From contig MNCI01002657.1 in NCBI GenBank assembly GCA_015680685.1, positions 225,858 to 289,857 on the forward strand: 64,000 nucleotides of DNA, in the 5' to 3' direction. Shown piece after piece: positions 1-12,583 of the stretch. Both the position numbers and the translations under genes were made by a program. The first letter of the stretch is position 1, and every line of letters begins with the position of its first letter. The stretch is from Gnetum montanum (taxonomy: Eukaryota > Plantae > Gnetophyta). The notes under the pieces were generated by a model, which searched no databases, had not been told where the DNA came from, and was given only the letters and a program-made list of their open reading frames with translations.

Positions 1-3000
1 TTAGGGACATCGCCAATACACCAACAATAGGGTTCTATGCCGCAAAAGTGGAACATAGCTAAATCCCTAGAATCAACCTCTCTCTCACTTCGCTCAAATT
101 TGATATAGATAATATTCACATTCCTTATGTCACTCTAACATTCAACACACCTTCACTAAGTAACTTCACTAAGTAACGCAGCAACATTCGTTTGGTCTCA
201 CCAATGCATTAAATATAGAGAGGAACAAAAACATATGAGAGGAGGAAATGAGAGGGAGAAGTGAGATAGTATTGTTAGAGATAGCAGAATCTATAGCTAC
301 GAAGATATGATGCAATAAAAGTATAAAGGTAGAAAATAGGATATCATCCATACAACTGTCATGAGATATCAATTACTCAAAAACCTCACTGATTATGTTA
401 AGTAGAACATAACAGAACGAGATAGATAAGGCAAGGATGTATGATGAAAATGGCTAGATAAATATAGTAGAATATGAGATAGAGATGAGAAATACAAAAA
501 CTGTGCAATACAAAAATAGTTATGAGTTGGTGTAAACCTATATCGTTGATGGAGACATTGATGTGTACGTTTAGACTGCTGTTAAGTGGGTAGACATTCA
601 ACCACGTATAGCAAGTAGGTTCCAAAATGTTGTAGAAACAAAGTGCTATGTATAGTAGCATTTCAAAAATGTCCTATAAGGGATCTAACCTGGTTTTTTT
701 TTTATTTCTTTACACTTTTTCAATTTAATTTAATTTTTTTTAGCAATAAAAGAGATGACCTAGGTTGCAGTCAAGATGACATTCTATGCAATGATGATTT
801 ACCCAAGTGTAGGCAAAGCTTCCTCCCATTGTAACAAAGAAACCTCCTACTCTTGAGGCCTTAAGTGATAAACAAGTCTTCAAATGGATCAAAGAGTCTA
901 GAAATTCAAAGAACAAATGAACAAATAGAAGCAAAAGATCAACAATGAGCTGTTGTTGCTTAGAAATTTTTGTGTAATATTTCTTGTAACAATGTAAAAA
1001 AGCAAATGTAAATGTATGTAGTTAAGAGAAACTTTGCAAAAGGTTGCATAAGTGAAAAGCTTTGATGTAAACAAGCATTGTAAGCAAATTTTTAGTATAA
1101 ATAAATAAAATTAGAATATTCACTCATTGTTCTATTGTGTTTTCCTACTATTTTCTGTCCATAATAGTAATAAATCGAAAAATAAGCTGAAAGTTTAAGA
1201 TGAAATGTGCCATTCCATCACTTAGGAAATGACATGTAAATAGCATGTATGTTTCAAAAACAGAATGTAAACATGTAAAGCAAACAACAATAACTGTAAG
1301 TGCAAGCTAAAATTCACATGAAAACAGTTAGAGAATAATAAGCTAACAATGACCAGTAGATGTCTACTTCCTCAACATTTAGAAACAGTAAACAAAGCAA
1401 TAGAAAAGCTTACTCTAAGTCATCATCTTGGCTAGTTATAGCCTTACATGCAATGGAGTGAAAAGGGTATAACTTTGATTCAATTTATGACGGAGTGATG
1501 TCTAATTCACCAATACCAAGATCAATGAAAGCGTATTCAAAGAAAAACCATATGTCCATGTTAGGTTTGCTATCAGCATATACCATTGATGGAGATGAAG
1601 TTTGTGCAGGTTTTATTAAATGTTACCTGATCTATCTGAAGTGCTTGATAACAGCCCAAGTGATCATGTTAGACCCAGCGTCCTTATCAATATGTATCAA
1701 TGATATAGCAACCTAGTACAATCTTGATAGTTATGTACATAATCAACTGGCAAACCTTACCTGTTATAAGATCAATCTTGATGTTTTTGCCTTTGAAGTT
1801 AAGGCAATTGGTGTCATACCGAGGTATATGCAAGAAAGATAAGATGACCTCTAGCTCAACTAGAATATCATTGGGTACTATAATCTCTTCAAAATGTCTT
1901 ATAGGGAAATACGATGTTCTCTAAAAGTACAAACCAAGTCATAAAGTGAGAGGTTGGTTTCCTTAGACCTCACAATGCTTGTCATTTGTTGAAGTACCTT
2001 GTTTCCCACCACTTGTGTTTTTTGGGGTGAAGATGAAATGGAATAGGCTGGATGGGATTTGATGTAGGTGGTAAATTGCATGATGAAGGACCATTTTGAG
2101 AGGTTTGGAAAGTAGCATTCTTCTTGGTCTTAGAAGACTGTTTGGGAAGTTCATGAGCTTTACCTTCCCTTTGTCTTGTTGAGTGTCATGAGGCTGATGG
2201 CTATAATTGAGGACTTGTACTTGGGAAGGTAGCATAGGTTGAGTTGGCATATTAGAAATGGGACGATATGACATTGGGTCAGGTAGTGTAAACAAGGACT
2301 GAATTTAAATAGGCATGTAAGGTGATAACAATAGGTGAATAATCTTATGCAACTTGTTCAACAAGGGGCTGAACAGACGGAAATAAAACAGGTGTTGGGT
2401 TGTTACAATAAAGAGCCATATTGATGTGATATGATTCTTTAGGTGGACAAAAAGGAATATTGGGAGTATGGTTCTGTAAGGAATTTTGGTATTGTCCCAT
2501 GTTTAAACAGTAGCGCTCCTTGGGAGCCTTGAAAGATGAAGTGGAAGTTTAGAAATTAGTTGTATTGGTGTCCTAAGAAAGATGTATGGCATATGGTTCT
2601 CAAGGAGGTTGAAAGGGTGGAGAACATTGAGGCTAATTTGCAAGTTGACAACGGTATTATGAGTAGTGTTATTCTGATCTTTCGTGGTGAAAGGTTGAAA
2701 TAGTACATCTGGTCCCAAATGGATCTTGGAAGATTTGCAGTTATTGATTGCCAAAGTGAATAGGATTGTCTTCATAAAAAATAATTTTCCCTTGATCAAT
2801 CAAGTCTTGTATGTCATCTTCAAGGTTGCAACAACTATCTGTGTCATGTAATGTTGTCTCATGGTAGTAATAGTATTTATGATAATCATACCACTTAGGC
2901 ACTTCGGGATCTCCCTACATATATTTGTACGTTACTCAAGCCTAATCAAACACCTACTTGCATTGAAGATGTCCGTCTCAGAGGAAGTTGTTAAGAAGAA

Positions 3001-3130
3001 GTCAGTACTTCATGGAGAGCTTAGTGTATTTTCTCCTATCCTTGAAGACTTTGTGTTGTTGATTGGTGTTGGAAGACAGGGAACCACTGCTTTACTATTG
3101 GTTGGATGCTTGAGTTGTTGAAGCAAAAAT
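1..3130 (-). mobile_element. Degenerate Tat/Ogre-like Ty3/gypsy element, gag-protease only, with probable 3' LTR at ~1-678
   Basis: Minus-strand translation near 2790-2870 gives YYHETTLHDTDSCCNLEDDIQDLIDQGKIIF, resembling the Tat/Ogre gag motif CxYH..H.T..C..LK..IQ.LI..G. YDLV..RISL occurs near 1900-1945 and a protease-like DKDAGSNMI near 1665-1700. No RT lies between protease and the putative LTR. The putative LTR starts TATAGGAC at 678 (minus) and reaches ..GTCCCTAA at the window edge. Confidence 0.6.
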
Positions 3131-3199
3131 AGAATAAACACCTTGAATGGTTGGCTATGCTTACTCCTGTTTAGCCATTTTATTAACCGTATGAACCAA

Positions 3200-3470
3200 C
3201 ATTGAAATAAATAACCTTGTAATTTGTCTCATGAAGTGCTTGCATGTAACCTCAATGCATATGTCCAAGTTGCAACTGCCACAAATAAGCAGCTTACAAT
3301 TTATCACTAGTTGCACAAATTACTTCACAACCAAAATTCAATTTGTATATTCCATTACTTTTTGTTATTTCTACTAACTTTACATTTTCCTCAGTATTCA
3401 CAATCTCACATTTGACCTTCATATCTGTCACACATCGGTAAAATAACTTTAGAATTTTCAGCCAAATAGT
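3200..3470 (-). pseudogene. Ty1/copia pol fragment (GAG-pre-integrase region)
   Basis: Minus strand reads ..KSNGIYKL..AAYLWQLQLGHMH, matching the copia LWHxRLGH motif; contains stops. Confidence 0.5.
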
Positions 3471-3482
3471 TTTTTTTTTTTT

Positions 3483-6270
3483 CCATTGAATCCAATGGAG
3501 TATGAGAAAACATAAGCTTGTTCCACAGCTTAAACAATTAAACACAGAGATCCAAACACAGCAGGAGTTGGGGGAATCGTTAGAGGAGGAGGAGCAGGCA
3601 GCACTCAAAGGGTTACAGGAACTTTCTACTGAAGAGATGTATTGGAGACAACGGGTGAGGATTAGGTGACTAAAGGAGGGAGACAAAAATACCAGGTTCT
3701 TCTTTGTCACTGCCAAGTTGAAGGGGCAAGTGAAGAAGATGATTCAAATGGTTCAAGATGGAACCACTATTGTGAACACCCAGGTAATTGCGAATGCAAT
3801 ACATACATATTGGGCTGAGATCTGGGGCAAGCACAAATTTCTTCCACTGTCTATGCCAATGTGAAAGGTCATCGATGAAGAGGAGAACCGGTTGTTGTTC
3901 GTACCTTTTACAAAAGTAGATTTGGAAGAGGCTATGACGTCGATGAAATCTGACAAAGCCCCTAGTCTTAATGGTTGGCCGATTGAGTTCTTTAAGGAAT
4001 TTGCGGATCTCTTGGGAGGAAATCTTTTAGATGCGTTTCACAAGATGCTACAATGGCAACAAGTTCATTGGGAGATTAACTATTCTAGGATTGTCCTTAT
4101 ACCAAAAGTGGCCAACCCTACAAATCCTTTGCAATTCCAACCAACTGAGGTTTGTAACACCTTGCTTAGGCTTTTCACAAAAATGTTGGTCTATTGACTG
4201 GCTCCGATGATGCTACGTCTGGTGGGGGGACATCAAGCTAGGTTCATTAAAAGCCATTTTCTGCAAGATTAGGTCATGTTGATGCAAGAGATTCTCCATT
4301 CGCTATGAAATGCTGGTTTCCCAGGGATGTGCCTCAATCTAGACATTATGAAAGCCTATGACATAGTCAATTGGGATGCCTTGCACGAAATTAGCTGCAT
4401 AAGGGATTTGATTCCAAGTTTGTGGATTTAGGTATTATTCAGCTGCAAGCCTCAAGAGCATATTCTTTTGATATTGATGGCAAACTTTGAGGGTTTTCCT
4501 CCCCTAGTCAGGGCCTTAGACAAGGCAATCCCCTCTCCCTGTTAATGTTTATTCTTGCTATGGGTACTTTATAGACCTATTGCAAGACGAAAGGAATCAG
4601 GAGGCTAAAGATTGCAGGGGTTGAGTGCTTGGCAAAGCATTACACAGATGACACCATGTTGTTTTCAGGAGTGACTATTCCATAGGCTCATGTGATCAAT
4701 AGGGCGCTCAATAGAATGGCTTAGGTGGTGGGTTTGGAAATTAATAGGGGGAAGTTGACCCTTCATTTACTTAATACTAACCGGCAGGTTGGGGGAAGAA
4801 TCTCCCAGATCTTAGGGATCCTCCCCGACACAAAACATGACTCATATTTAGGATTGCCCATTTACGCCTAGTGCAAGAATCAAACTTGGTCGGCTCTACC
4901 TCAGTAAATGCAACAATGCATTACATTGGCCAATGGGCCACCTGTTTCCTTACGAGGAAAGGAAGAATTGTTCTTGCTTCTTCAATTCTAGTGGCTAAAG
5001 TGTTTGTGGCNNNNNNNNNNNNNNNNNNNNNNNNNNNNNNNNNNNNNNNNNNNNNNNNNNNNNNNNNNNNNNNNNNNNNNNNNNNNNNNNNNNNNNNNNN
5101 NNNNNNNNNNNNNNGGGGTAAAGGGGGTGATTGGATGCACCTAGTGTGCTAGGAAATTGTTTCTAAGCCCAGGAAGGCTAGGGGGTTTGGGGTCCTAAAA
5201 TTTCAAGATGACATCACTATGGGATATCAATGTCTTATTCACAGGCTCCTACAACCTGATGATGGTTCGACCCAATGGATTTGCATTATGTGCAACATGT
5301 ATCAACAATGGGAGGCCAGTACCCAGGTTTCACCTATGTGGCATACCATCTACAGGCATGCTCAAGAAATGATATGGAGGGGTATGTTGGGGATGCCACC
5401 TTGGGCCATCATTAAAACTAAATATCCCACGATTGAAGGCTGGCGGGCTATTTGGAAAGGTAGGTTACTAGAGAAAGTTAAGGTGTTCACTTGGCTAACG
5501 GGCCACGCGGCACTCCCAATGTGTGATGCTCTCTATGCATGGGGATTAAACATTCATCATGTCTACCCATTATGTGCGAGTGCCCCCAAAACGTTATATC
5601 ATTTCGTTCATCAGTGCTCATATGCCACAGACACTTGGTGTACCATAGCTATATCTCCACCAATTAAATTGGATGGTGATTCCAAAGCAGTAATTGTGCT
5701 TTGGTCCCTATGGAAAACAAAGAACAATTGGATTTTTCAAGCCAAGCAAACTCCTCCACCAATGCAGGTTGCTACAATTGGGATTCCATTGTGGCAAGAA
5801 GCTTCAACTACAATGGAAGTGACACCAACTTTTGAACCCTCCTGTGTGGCATTTCAAGCAAACTGGGTGCTATGGGGGCTGGTTGAGTGTGTAGGGTGGG
5901 CGAATGTTCTTCCCATGTTGGAGGGGAATCTTGATCTTGCTAACAACACCTTTTTCATGAATTGGACCAATGATTTTACAATGTTCCGGGGCATCTACAT
6001 TGAATTACCAAGGCTTCTCTGGCAGAGTTTTGGGAGGTGTCAGCAATGGGGGAGGTGGTCCTCCCTACTAGGCACGGCTTGCAAGATGCAGAAGGCTTTT
6101 CTCAAGGGGCCATGCCCAAGAAGGGAAATGGACAAGTGTCGAGTTGGCTCTACCATAGATCTAGTAGGACATAGCGAGTTCATTGACAAGTTTTTGGTGC
6201 AGTTGGGGAATGTCAGGAAATAGTACATGATAAAGAATGTACAGTGGGGTGTCTACAGGAAAGAGGAAAG
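3483..6270 (+). mobile_element. L1-clade LINE copy 1 (ORF2: RT, zf-RVT, extra C-terminal domain); truncated at both ends; N gap 5011-5114
   Basis: Motifs in order: EEMYWRQRVRIR*LKEGDKNTRFF, KAPSLNGWPIEFF, LDIMKAYDIVNW, GLRQGNPLSPLMF, HYTDD (~4638-4652). ORF 5219-6223 carries zf-RVT (KVKVFTW..YPLC..TLYHFVHQC) and LWSLWKTKNNWIF. Confidence 0.9.
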
Positions 6271-6279
6271 AGTAAACTG

Positions 6280-6660
6280 CACGTTAGGGAATGTAATGTA
6301 CATTTGGGGATGTCATAGTTTTTCCAAAATATCATAAGGATGCAACGGGAACATGAGAACGAATAGTTGTACCTAAGATATTCAGCTTTCACGATATTGA
6401 AATCTATAAGTATATTTGTTATTCTTGAGATATCTTGAAAATTTGAAGTGCAATTTGGATACAATACCATATTGACTATGTTTTATAATAATAAAAAAAA
6501 AAGAGTTGTTATTGGTATATTTGTTGCATTTTGGATGCCAAAATATGCTGAACATCCCACCTGCATCCTGAAATATTTGGGGATGCATCCCAATCTTGGG
6601 TACATCCCAAAAGCGATTTTTTTTTTTTTTTTTGCAAGGATACATCCCTGTTTAACACAA
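6280..6660. repeat. Possible non-autonomous DNA-transposon remnant with dispersed GGATG/CATCC subterminal motifs
   Basis: Clustered GGATG motifs near 6305-6345 and CATCC motifs near 6530-6650, separating L1 copy 1 from the copia integrase. No TIR/TSD resolved. Confidence 0.3.
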
Positions 6661-7187
6661 TTTGAATGCAATGAGTATGTCTATGCATACCTACTGAAGT
6701 CATCAACAATAACAAGAAAATATTTATTCCCTCCTTAAACTAATGTAGGCATTTGGGCCTACCAAGTCCATGGGTAGAAGCTCAAGAGGTCTTTATCCTT
6801 TCTGCATTTGTGAATTGTGAGGCAAGACCTTTTGTTTTCCTTTGACACATATCACAAACTTCCTTTAAAATTTCAAGATAATTCCTATGGTTGCTTCATT
6901 CTTTATCAATTTCTCAAAATTGATGTAGGAGGCATGGTCTAACCTCCAATGCCATAATATTGAGAGTAAAACACTTCAAGAATTGATGAGCAAATCATTA
7001 ACACCTTTAGATGATTGTGCTTCAAGACAACAAATTTGATCATTTCATCTCTTCAACTTAACAATGACAAAATTGCCATTTGAAATTGTACAAAAATCAT
7101 TATAAAAAATGACCTGATTTCCTCTACTAACTATTTGTCTAATTGATAATAGTAAACTTGATAATTGTGGAACATAATAGACATCAC

Positions 7188-8034
7188 TGATGAACAATAA
7201 ATATGTCATTTGCAACTCGCAACTATGATATCACATTTGCAATATCATATCGCAAGTGAGATGTATCCAGGGCTAGTATTGGCTATAAACACCATCCACC
7301 TATTGCATACAATGCACCTTTTGGTCACATAGTAGCCAGACTCTTGCACTTTTATTTTATGAACTTAGTAATAGTTAGCTAGTGCCCACAGTGTGGATAT
7401 GAGTTGATTGTACAAAGTCTTATTTAAGTGGCATTGTACCTGGACATCATTCCATAACAACAATAAAATCAAGATCATTCTTATCCACTGCAGTATTCTA
7501 CCTTTAGAATAAAATTTAGTTTCCTATGCTATTTACTTTCTCATGCAATATAACTTAATATTTACATTCTTTTGCACTATAGTAATTTAGTGGAATAAGT
7601 ACAACCAATTTCGAGTGTAACATGTAATTGTTTAGTAACCCAATAGTGATATTGCTCAATATGCCCAGTAGCATATTGCTTGGTAATCCCAATGATAATT
7701 ACACTAGCCTAGGACATGTATGACAAATTGTGAATAGATGCTTATCACCAATAAGCTACCTTATGATTTATTTTCATTGTTCATTAAATTTAATACTTAA
7801 TTTCTATGTTTGACTCTAGCTTACTCAATGTTGAACAATATCATAACATGTGCCTCACTTCAAGCTAAACCATACACCTTAGAACTATAACTAATCTAAG
7901 TGGAAATACAATGATCAATGATCCACTCTCAACCATCTAGAAGCCATACTAGGTCCATCTATGAATTACAATCAAGTCACTCATAATATTTATGATTTGT
8001 ATAGTTAAGCTTTGGGACTACTCCCCACTCATCA
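7188..8034 (+). mobile_element. Solo LTR of the Athila-like family
   Basis: TGATG...CTCATCA termini; degenerate 5-bp TSD ATCAC/ATTAT (two C>T changes); TATA-like CTATAAA at ~7283; internal blocks similar to the LTRs at 37480 and 45485. The copia reading frame rejoins across it. Confidence 0.75.
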
Positions 8035-8598
8035 ATTATGAACATCAATTTTATGGCCATAAAGAAGAGTAACTAGCATATTACCAATTCCTTCTATTTT
8101 AACACTTGCTCCATCTCTAACCTTGATGCTTCCAAGTGTACTATTAGATTGAAAGTAATAAAGTGCTCCTTCAAAGGAGTCATGTGATTGGAGCATCCAC
8201 TATCTATGATCCATGTGTGAGAAGTGACTTCCTTTACCATTTGATAGGCAACAAAGTTTGAACTTAGATCTCTTTCTTTGGATTGATCTTGAAATTCTTA
8301 ATGATTATTTTGAGTTTGAGAATTATCTTTATTTAATTTAGAGTGATCATTTGGAATGTAAGAAGAAAATCCTACCTTCCACTAATACTTGTCTCCATAA
8401 TGACCTTTCTTCTTACAATATTTGCACCATGGAACATTTGATGATGATGGTTCATATTGGTTTCTTGGACTTGAATTGAATCATCCTCCACTTTGGCCTC
8501 TTCCTCCTCTAAAGTTACCTCTTACTTTTGAACTTTCTGATCTAAAATTTTGATTTTAATTTAAATCTTGAATCCTTTCTTCTTTAAAGATAGATTGC

Positions 8599-11500
8599 AC
8601 CTATAGGAAAAGACAGGGAGGACAATGCGGATCCCCTTGGGGCTGCGGAGTGTGCAAACTTCATCTAGGACCATGATCTGGTGGACCAAGATATTGAGGG
8701 ATGCAGATTTACCTAGAGTAATAGAAAAAGCAGATATGATCATGTTCAATCTCAGATTGACTGAGTTTGGATGAGTACGAGGTTGCTGCTGGAGTTTGAT
8801 GTTCATGCTAAGGGGAAAGAGAGACAGGCATCGGATCACAGATCCATTTTGTGTCTATTTCAGTCTGGCTGAGGTTAGGCCCCCAGGTCCTTCTGGTTCA
8901 AGCATACTTGGTTGGACACCCTTGGTTGAGGCTGTTGGTGCAAGATGTCTAGCAAAGTTATTTGGAAGACCAAGAACCCAGAGATTTTCTAAAAAGGGGC
9001 CTCAAGTTGTTGAAACAATAGATCAAAGCCAAAACATTAGAGGAATTTAGGGCTTAAGGAAACAGTTGCAGGGTAGGCTACAAGAGATACATGGGTTGCA
9101 GGAAAACAAAGCAAACCTAGGGGATGAGAAAAGAGAGGTGTTGAGCGAGCCCCAGGAGCTAGACAGGGAGAAGGAAGGTTATTGGCAGTAGCGTTCTCAC
9201 GTTACTTGACTACAGGAAGGGCATCGGAACACACGTTTCTTCTTTGCACGACCAAAGGAAGGAGGGCAACGAAGATGAAAATTCAGAATATGCTTGAAGA
9301 TGCAATGGGGGAAGGGCCGAATAGAGGGATGCAAGGGTTGGAGGAGGTATACAAATATTGGGGGGATATTTGGCAAAGGAGAGATTTGGAGAAAATTTCT
9401 ATTCTGATGCGACAGGTCCTATTTGAGGTGGAAAATCAGCATCTGTTGCGGCCTTTCTCTAGATTGGAGTTGATTGCAGCAATGAGGTTGATGCAAACCA
9501 ATAAGGCGTCGAGACCAGATGGGTGGCCTATTGAATTCTTTTGGGCTTTTGAGGATATTCTAGGGGCAAATCTATTAGATGCTTTTAATTGTATGCTCAG
9601 TTGGTAATAGGTTCGAAAAAAGATCAACTATTTGTGGATTGTTCTTTTACCTAAGGTGCCACATCTGTCCTTGCCAGCCCATTTCAAACCCATCAAAGTG
9701 TGTAATACTTTGTTGCAATTGTTTTCCAAAATGTTGGTCGGTCGTCTAGCGCCTTTGATGAGGAGACTAGTGGGAGAACACCAAGCCAGGTTTGTTAAAG
9801 GCCAATTTCTGCAAGATCAGGTCCTACTATTGCAAGATATCTTGCACCGGTTCAAGCAGGCCAAGTTCCCTAGAATGTGTATAAAATTGGACATCACTAA
9901 AGCATATGATACAGTGAGCTAGGAAACATTAAGAGAGATAATGTTGCTCAAAGGATTCAACCCTAAGTTTGTTAATCTATGCATTCAGATGCAAAGTGCC
10001 AGTTGGTATTCTTTTGATATTGACGGGAAGCTATGGGGGTTCCAGGTGCTAGAGAGAGGGCTAAGACAGGGGGACCCTTTATCGCCACTGTTGTTCATTT
10101 TGGCTATGGATATGTTGCAGAGCTATTGTATTGCCGAGGGGATGCAAGGGCTAAACATGGCAGGGGTCCAATGCTTGATGGCACATTATGCCAATGATAT
10201 GATCTTGTTTGCTAGGGCGGCTGTTCCTCAAGCTGTGGCACTGAAGAAGGTGCTAGACAAAATGCAATGTGAGTTGGGACTTGAAATTAACAAGGGGAAG
10301 TCAGCCATCCACTTGACCAATACAGTGGGAACTTTGGGGGAAAGGATTGTCTAGTTGCCGGGGATCCTACAAGGTAGATTACAAGATTCATATTTGGGGA
10401 TGCCAATTTTTGAATGGCAGTTGAAGAGGGCATGGTTGAGGCTGGTGGAAAGGTTGCAAACCAAAACCACCCATTGGGCCACCTGGTTTCTATCCCATAA
10501 AGGGAAAATGATGTTGGCGTCAACAATGCTCATGGCTACTACCAAGTTTGCAGCTTTGATAATTGTCCCACCGGCCGAAGTTATGCAGACAATTGACCAA
10601 ATCATTTAGCAGTTTGTGTGGTCTAGCGGCAAAGGGGAAAATAAGCTTCATTTGGTGTGTTGGGCGCAGACAATGCACCCAAAATTGGCAGGGGAAATTG
10701 GGCTATTGGCCTTCCAAGATGAGGTTACGCTAAGAATGCAAAGGCTAGTTAACAGGTTTATGGCCCAAGAGGATGGGCCGACTCTATGGGTGAGACTGCT
10801 AAGGCAAAAATACCAATGTTGGAAGGCCAATGCAAGGTGCTCACAATTGTGGAAGAATATCTGCAAGCATGTCAAAGAAATAGAGGCCAAGGACCTACTA
10901 GGAAAGCCTCCTAAGGAGGTGATTAAGACTATTCACCCATTGGTGGAGGGATGGAATGAGGTCTAGCGAGGCAAACTGCCTGAGAAGGTCAAAGTTTTTG
11001 GATGGCTTATTAAGGATAGGGTGCTGCCTGTGCGGGCTCTTTTGAGGGAGCGGGGGATGAATATAAGCGTTGTCTACCCTCTTTGTACTACAGAGCCCGA
11101 GACACTAGAACACTTTATATATGGATGTCAATATATGCAAGAGGTCTGGAGGAAGGCCAAACTGGTGCCCATAATAACAGTTTAACAAAGATTCTGAAGC
11201 ACTTGCGATTTTATGGGTGGGATGGAAGGGTAGGAATCACCTTATCTTCTGTGGGAAAGGCCTCCCACGTTGTCGGCCATTGCCAGGGCAAGGCTTTACC
11301 TATGGGCTAAAGCAATCCAAAGCATGGGACAAGGGTTGTTTTTTGAGTCGGCATGTACGAAATTTGCAGGAAATGCAGACCTCTGGGCACTGGTTGAAAG
11401 AATGGGTTGGGTTGACATGCTAAAACGTATTGAGGGGGAGCCAATGCTACCCACAGCAAGCTTTTTCAACAATTGGGTGGGGGAAGAAATGCGGTTCCAA

Positions 11501-12583
11501 CGATGGCAGATTAGAGTGACAAAGGGAGCATTGACAGAGGTGCTGGGTGTTCCGACAGAGGGGGAGATTATTGCACCCATGCTGCTGAATTTTTTAGGGG
11601 TGTGGTTATGCGAACAGGTAGTGGGCACATTCACAAGTTGGTGCTAGATGGCATTTGGCAAAACGTAGCGATGTTCGTTGAACAATACTTCGTGCAATCT
11701 AGGTACCTCCACAAGCTTGTGGATGTCCATTTTGCGTTTCTAAGATGCCTAAAGCATGGCACTCGGATTAACCTGTCCAAGTTTTTTCTAGATTCGCTAC
11801 AATGACAACGGCCAGGATGGCATCCAAGGGTGATTTTGGTGCCCTGGCGGTCAGGGTGGATGAATTTTCCTAGGTTGCAGCTAGAACCTTGAATGGTTTA
11901 CCAGAGGCAAAGCAGGTGGGTCGTGCATGAGCCTCAAACGCAAAGCCCCAAGCGCAGACGACAAAGGGTTCACAGAAGGCGGGGAGAAGTGGGGCTTCCT
12001 CGAAGCTGGGGAGTGACAAGCAACCACAGTCATTGCAAGACGCGGAGCTAGAACAACAACTGGATCCTCCAAAGATTGGTGAGGCATGCCAGATTGTGGC
12101 AAAACATGCAAGGCAAAAAGAGAGGGTGACGTGGCTATCTCGATGGCAAGGAATGCAAGAGGTGGTGCAAAGCGTGGCAGATAGTTAAAGGGTTCAACAA
12201 GAGGTCTGGGGGCCGCCAGTTGTGTTGCCACATGCAACAAAGGAGGTGGAGGTGTCCCAGAGTTCAAATGCTGAGAAAGTGTCAAAGGGACGATGTTCAA
12301 GCAATGGAGTGGGGTGATGCATGGGTGCCAAATGGGATGGGCTGGATTCAAGGGCTGGGTGATGATTCTAGGGATTCATTGGTAATAATGATTGGGTAGT
12401 GCAGGGTCTAGAGGGTTGCCGAGAAGATGCAGCTAGGTTTTGGGGACGTTCGGGGAAGGTTGGGTTGTGGGAGGTAATCTTGTTGGCTTGATATGAATGG
12501 GGCCAAATGGTTTGGCTTGGACTATACACCCTTGTACATAAATTTTTTGGATTAATTTATCTTGAATTTTTCTCCAAAAAAAA
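8599..12583 (+). mobile_element. L1-clade LINE copy 2, 5'-truncated within the endonuclease, with poly(A) tail and 13-bp TSD
   Basis: TSD AAAGATAGATTGC at 8586-8598 and 12584-12596, with an A-tract from 12576. Endonuclease remnants GCRFT*SN and ASDHRSIL; RT motifs KASRPDGWPIEFF, KLDITKAYDTV, GLRQGDPLSPLLF, HYAND; zf-RVT at ~10970-11150. Confidence 0.93.

Noticed and set aside
4871-5152. ORFs spanning N runs (also 29963-30241 and 29978-30232)
   Set aside because: Artefacts of assembly gaps.
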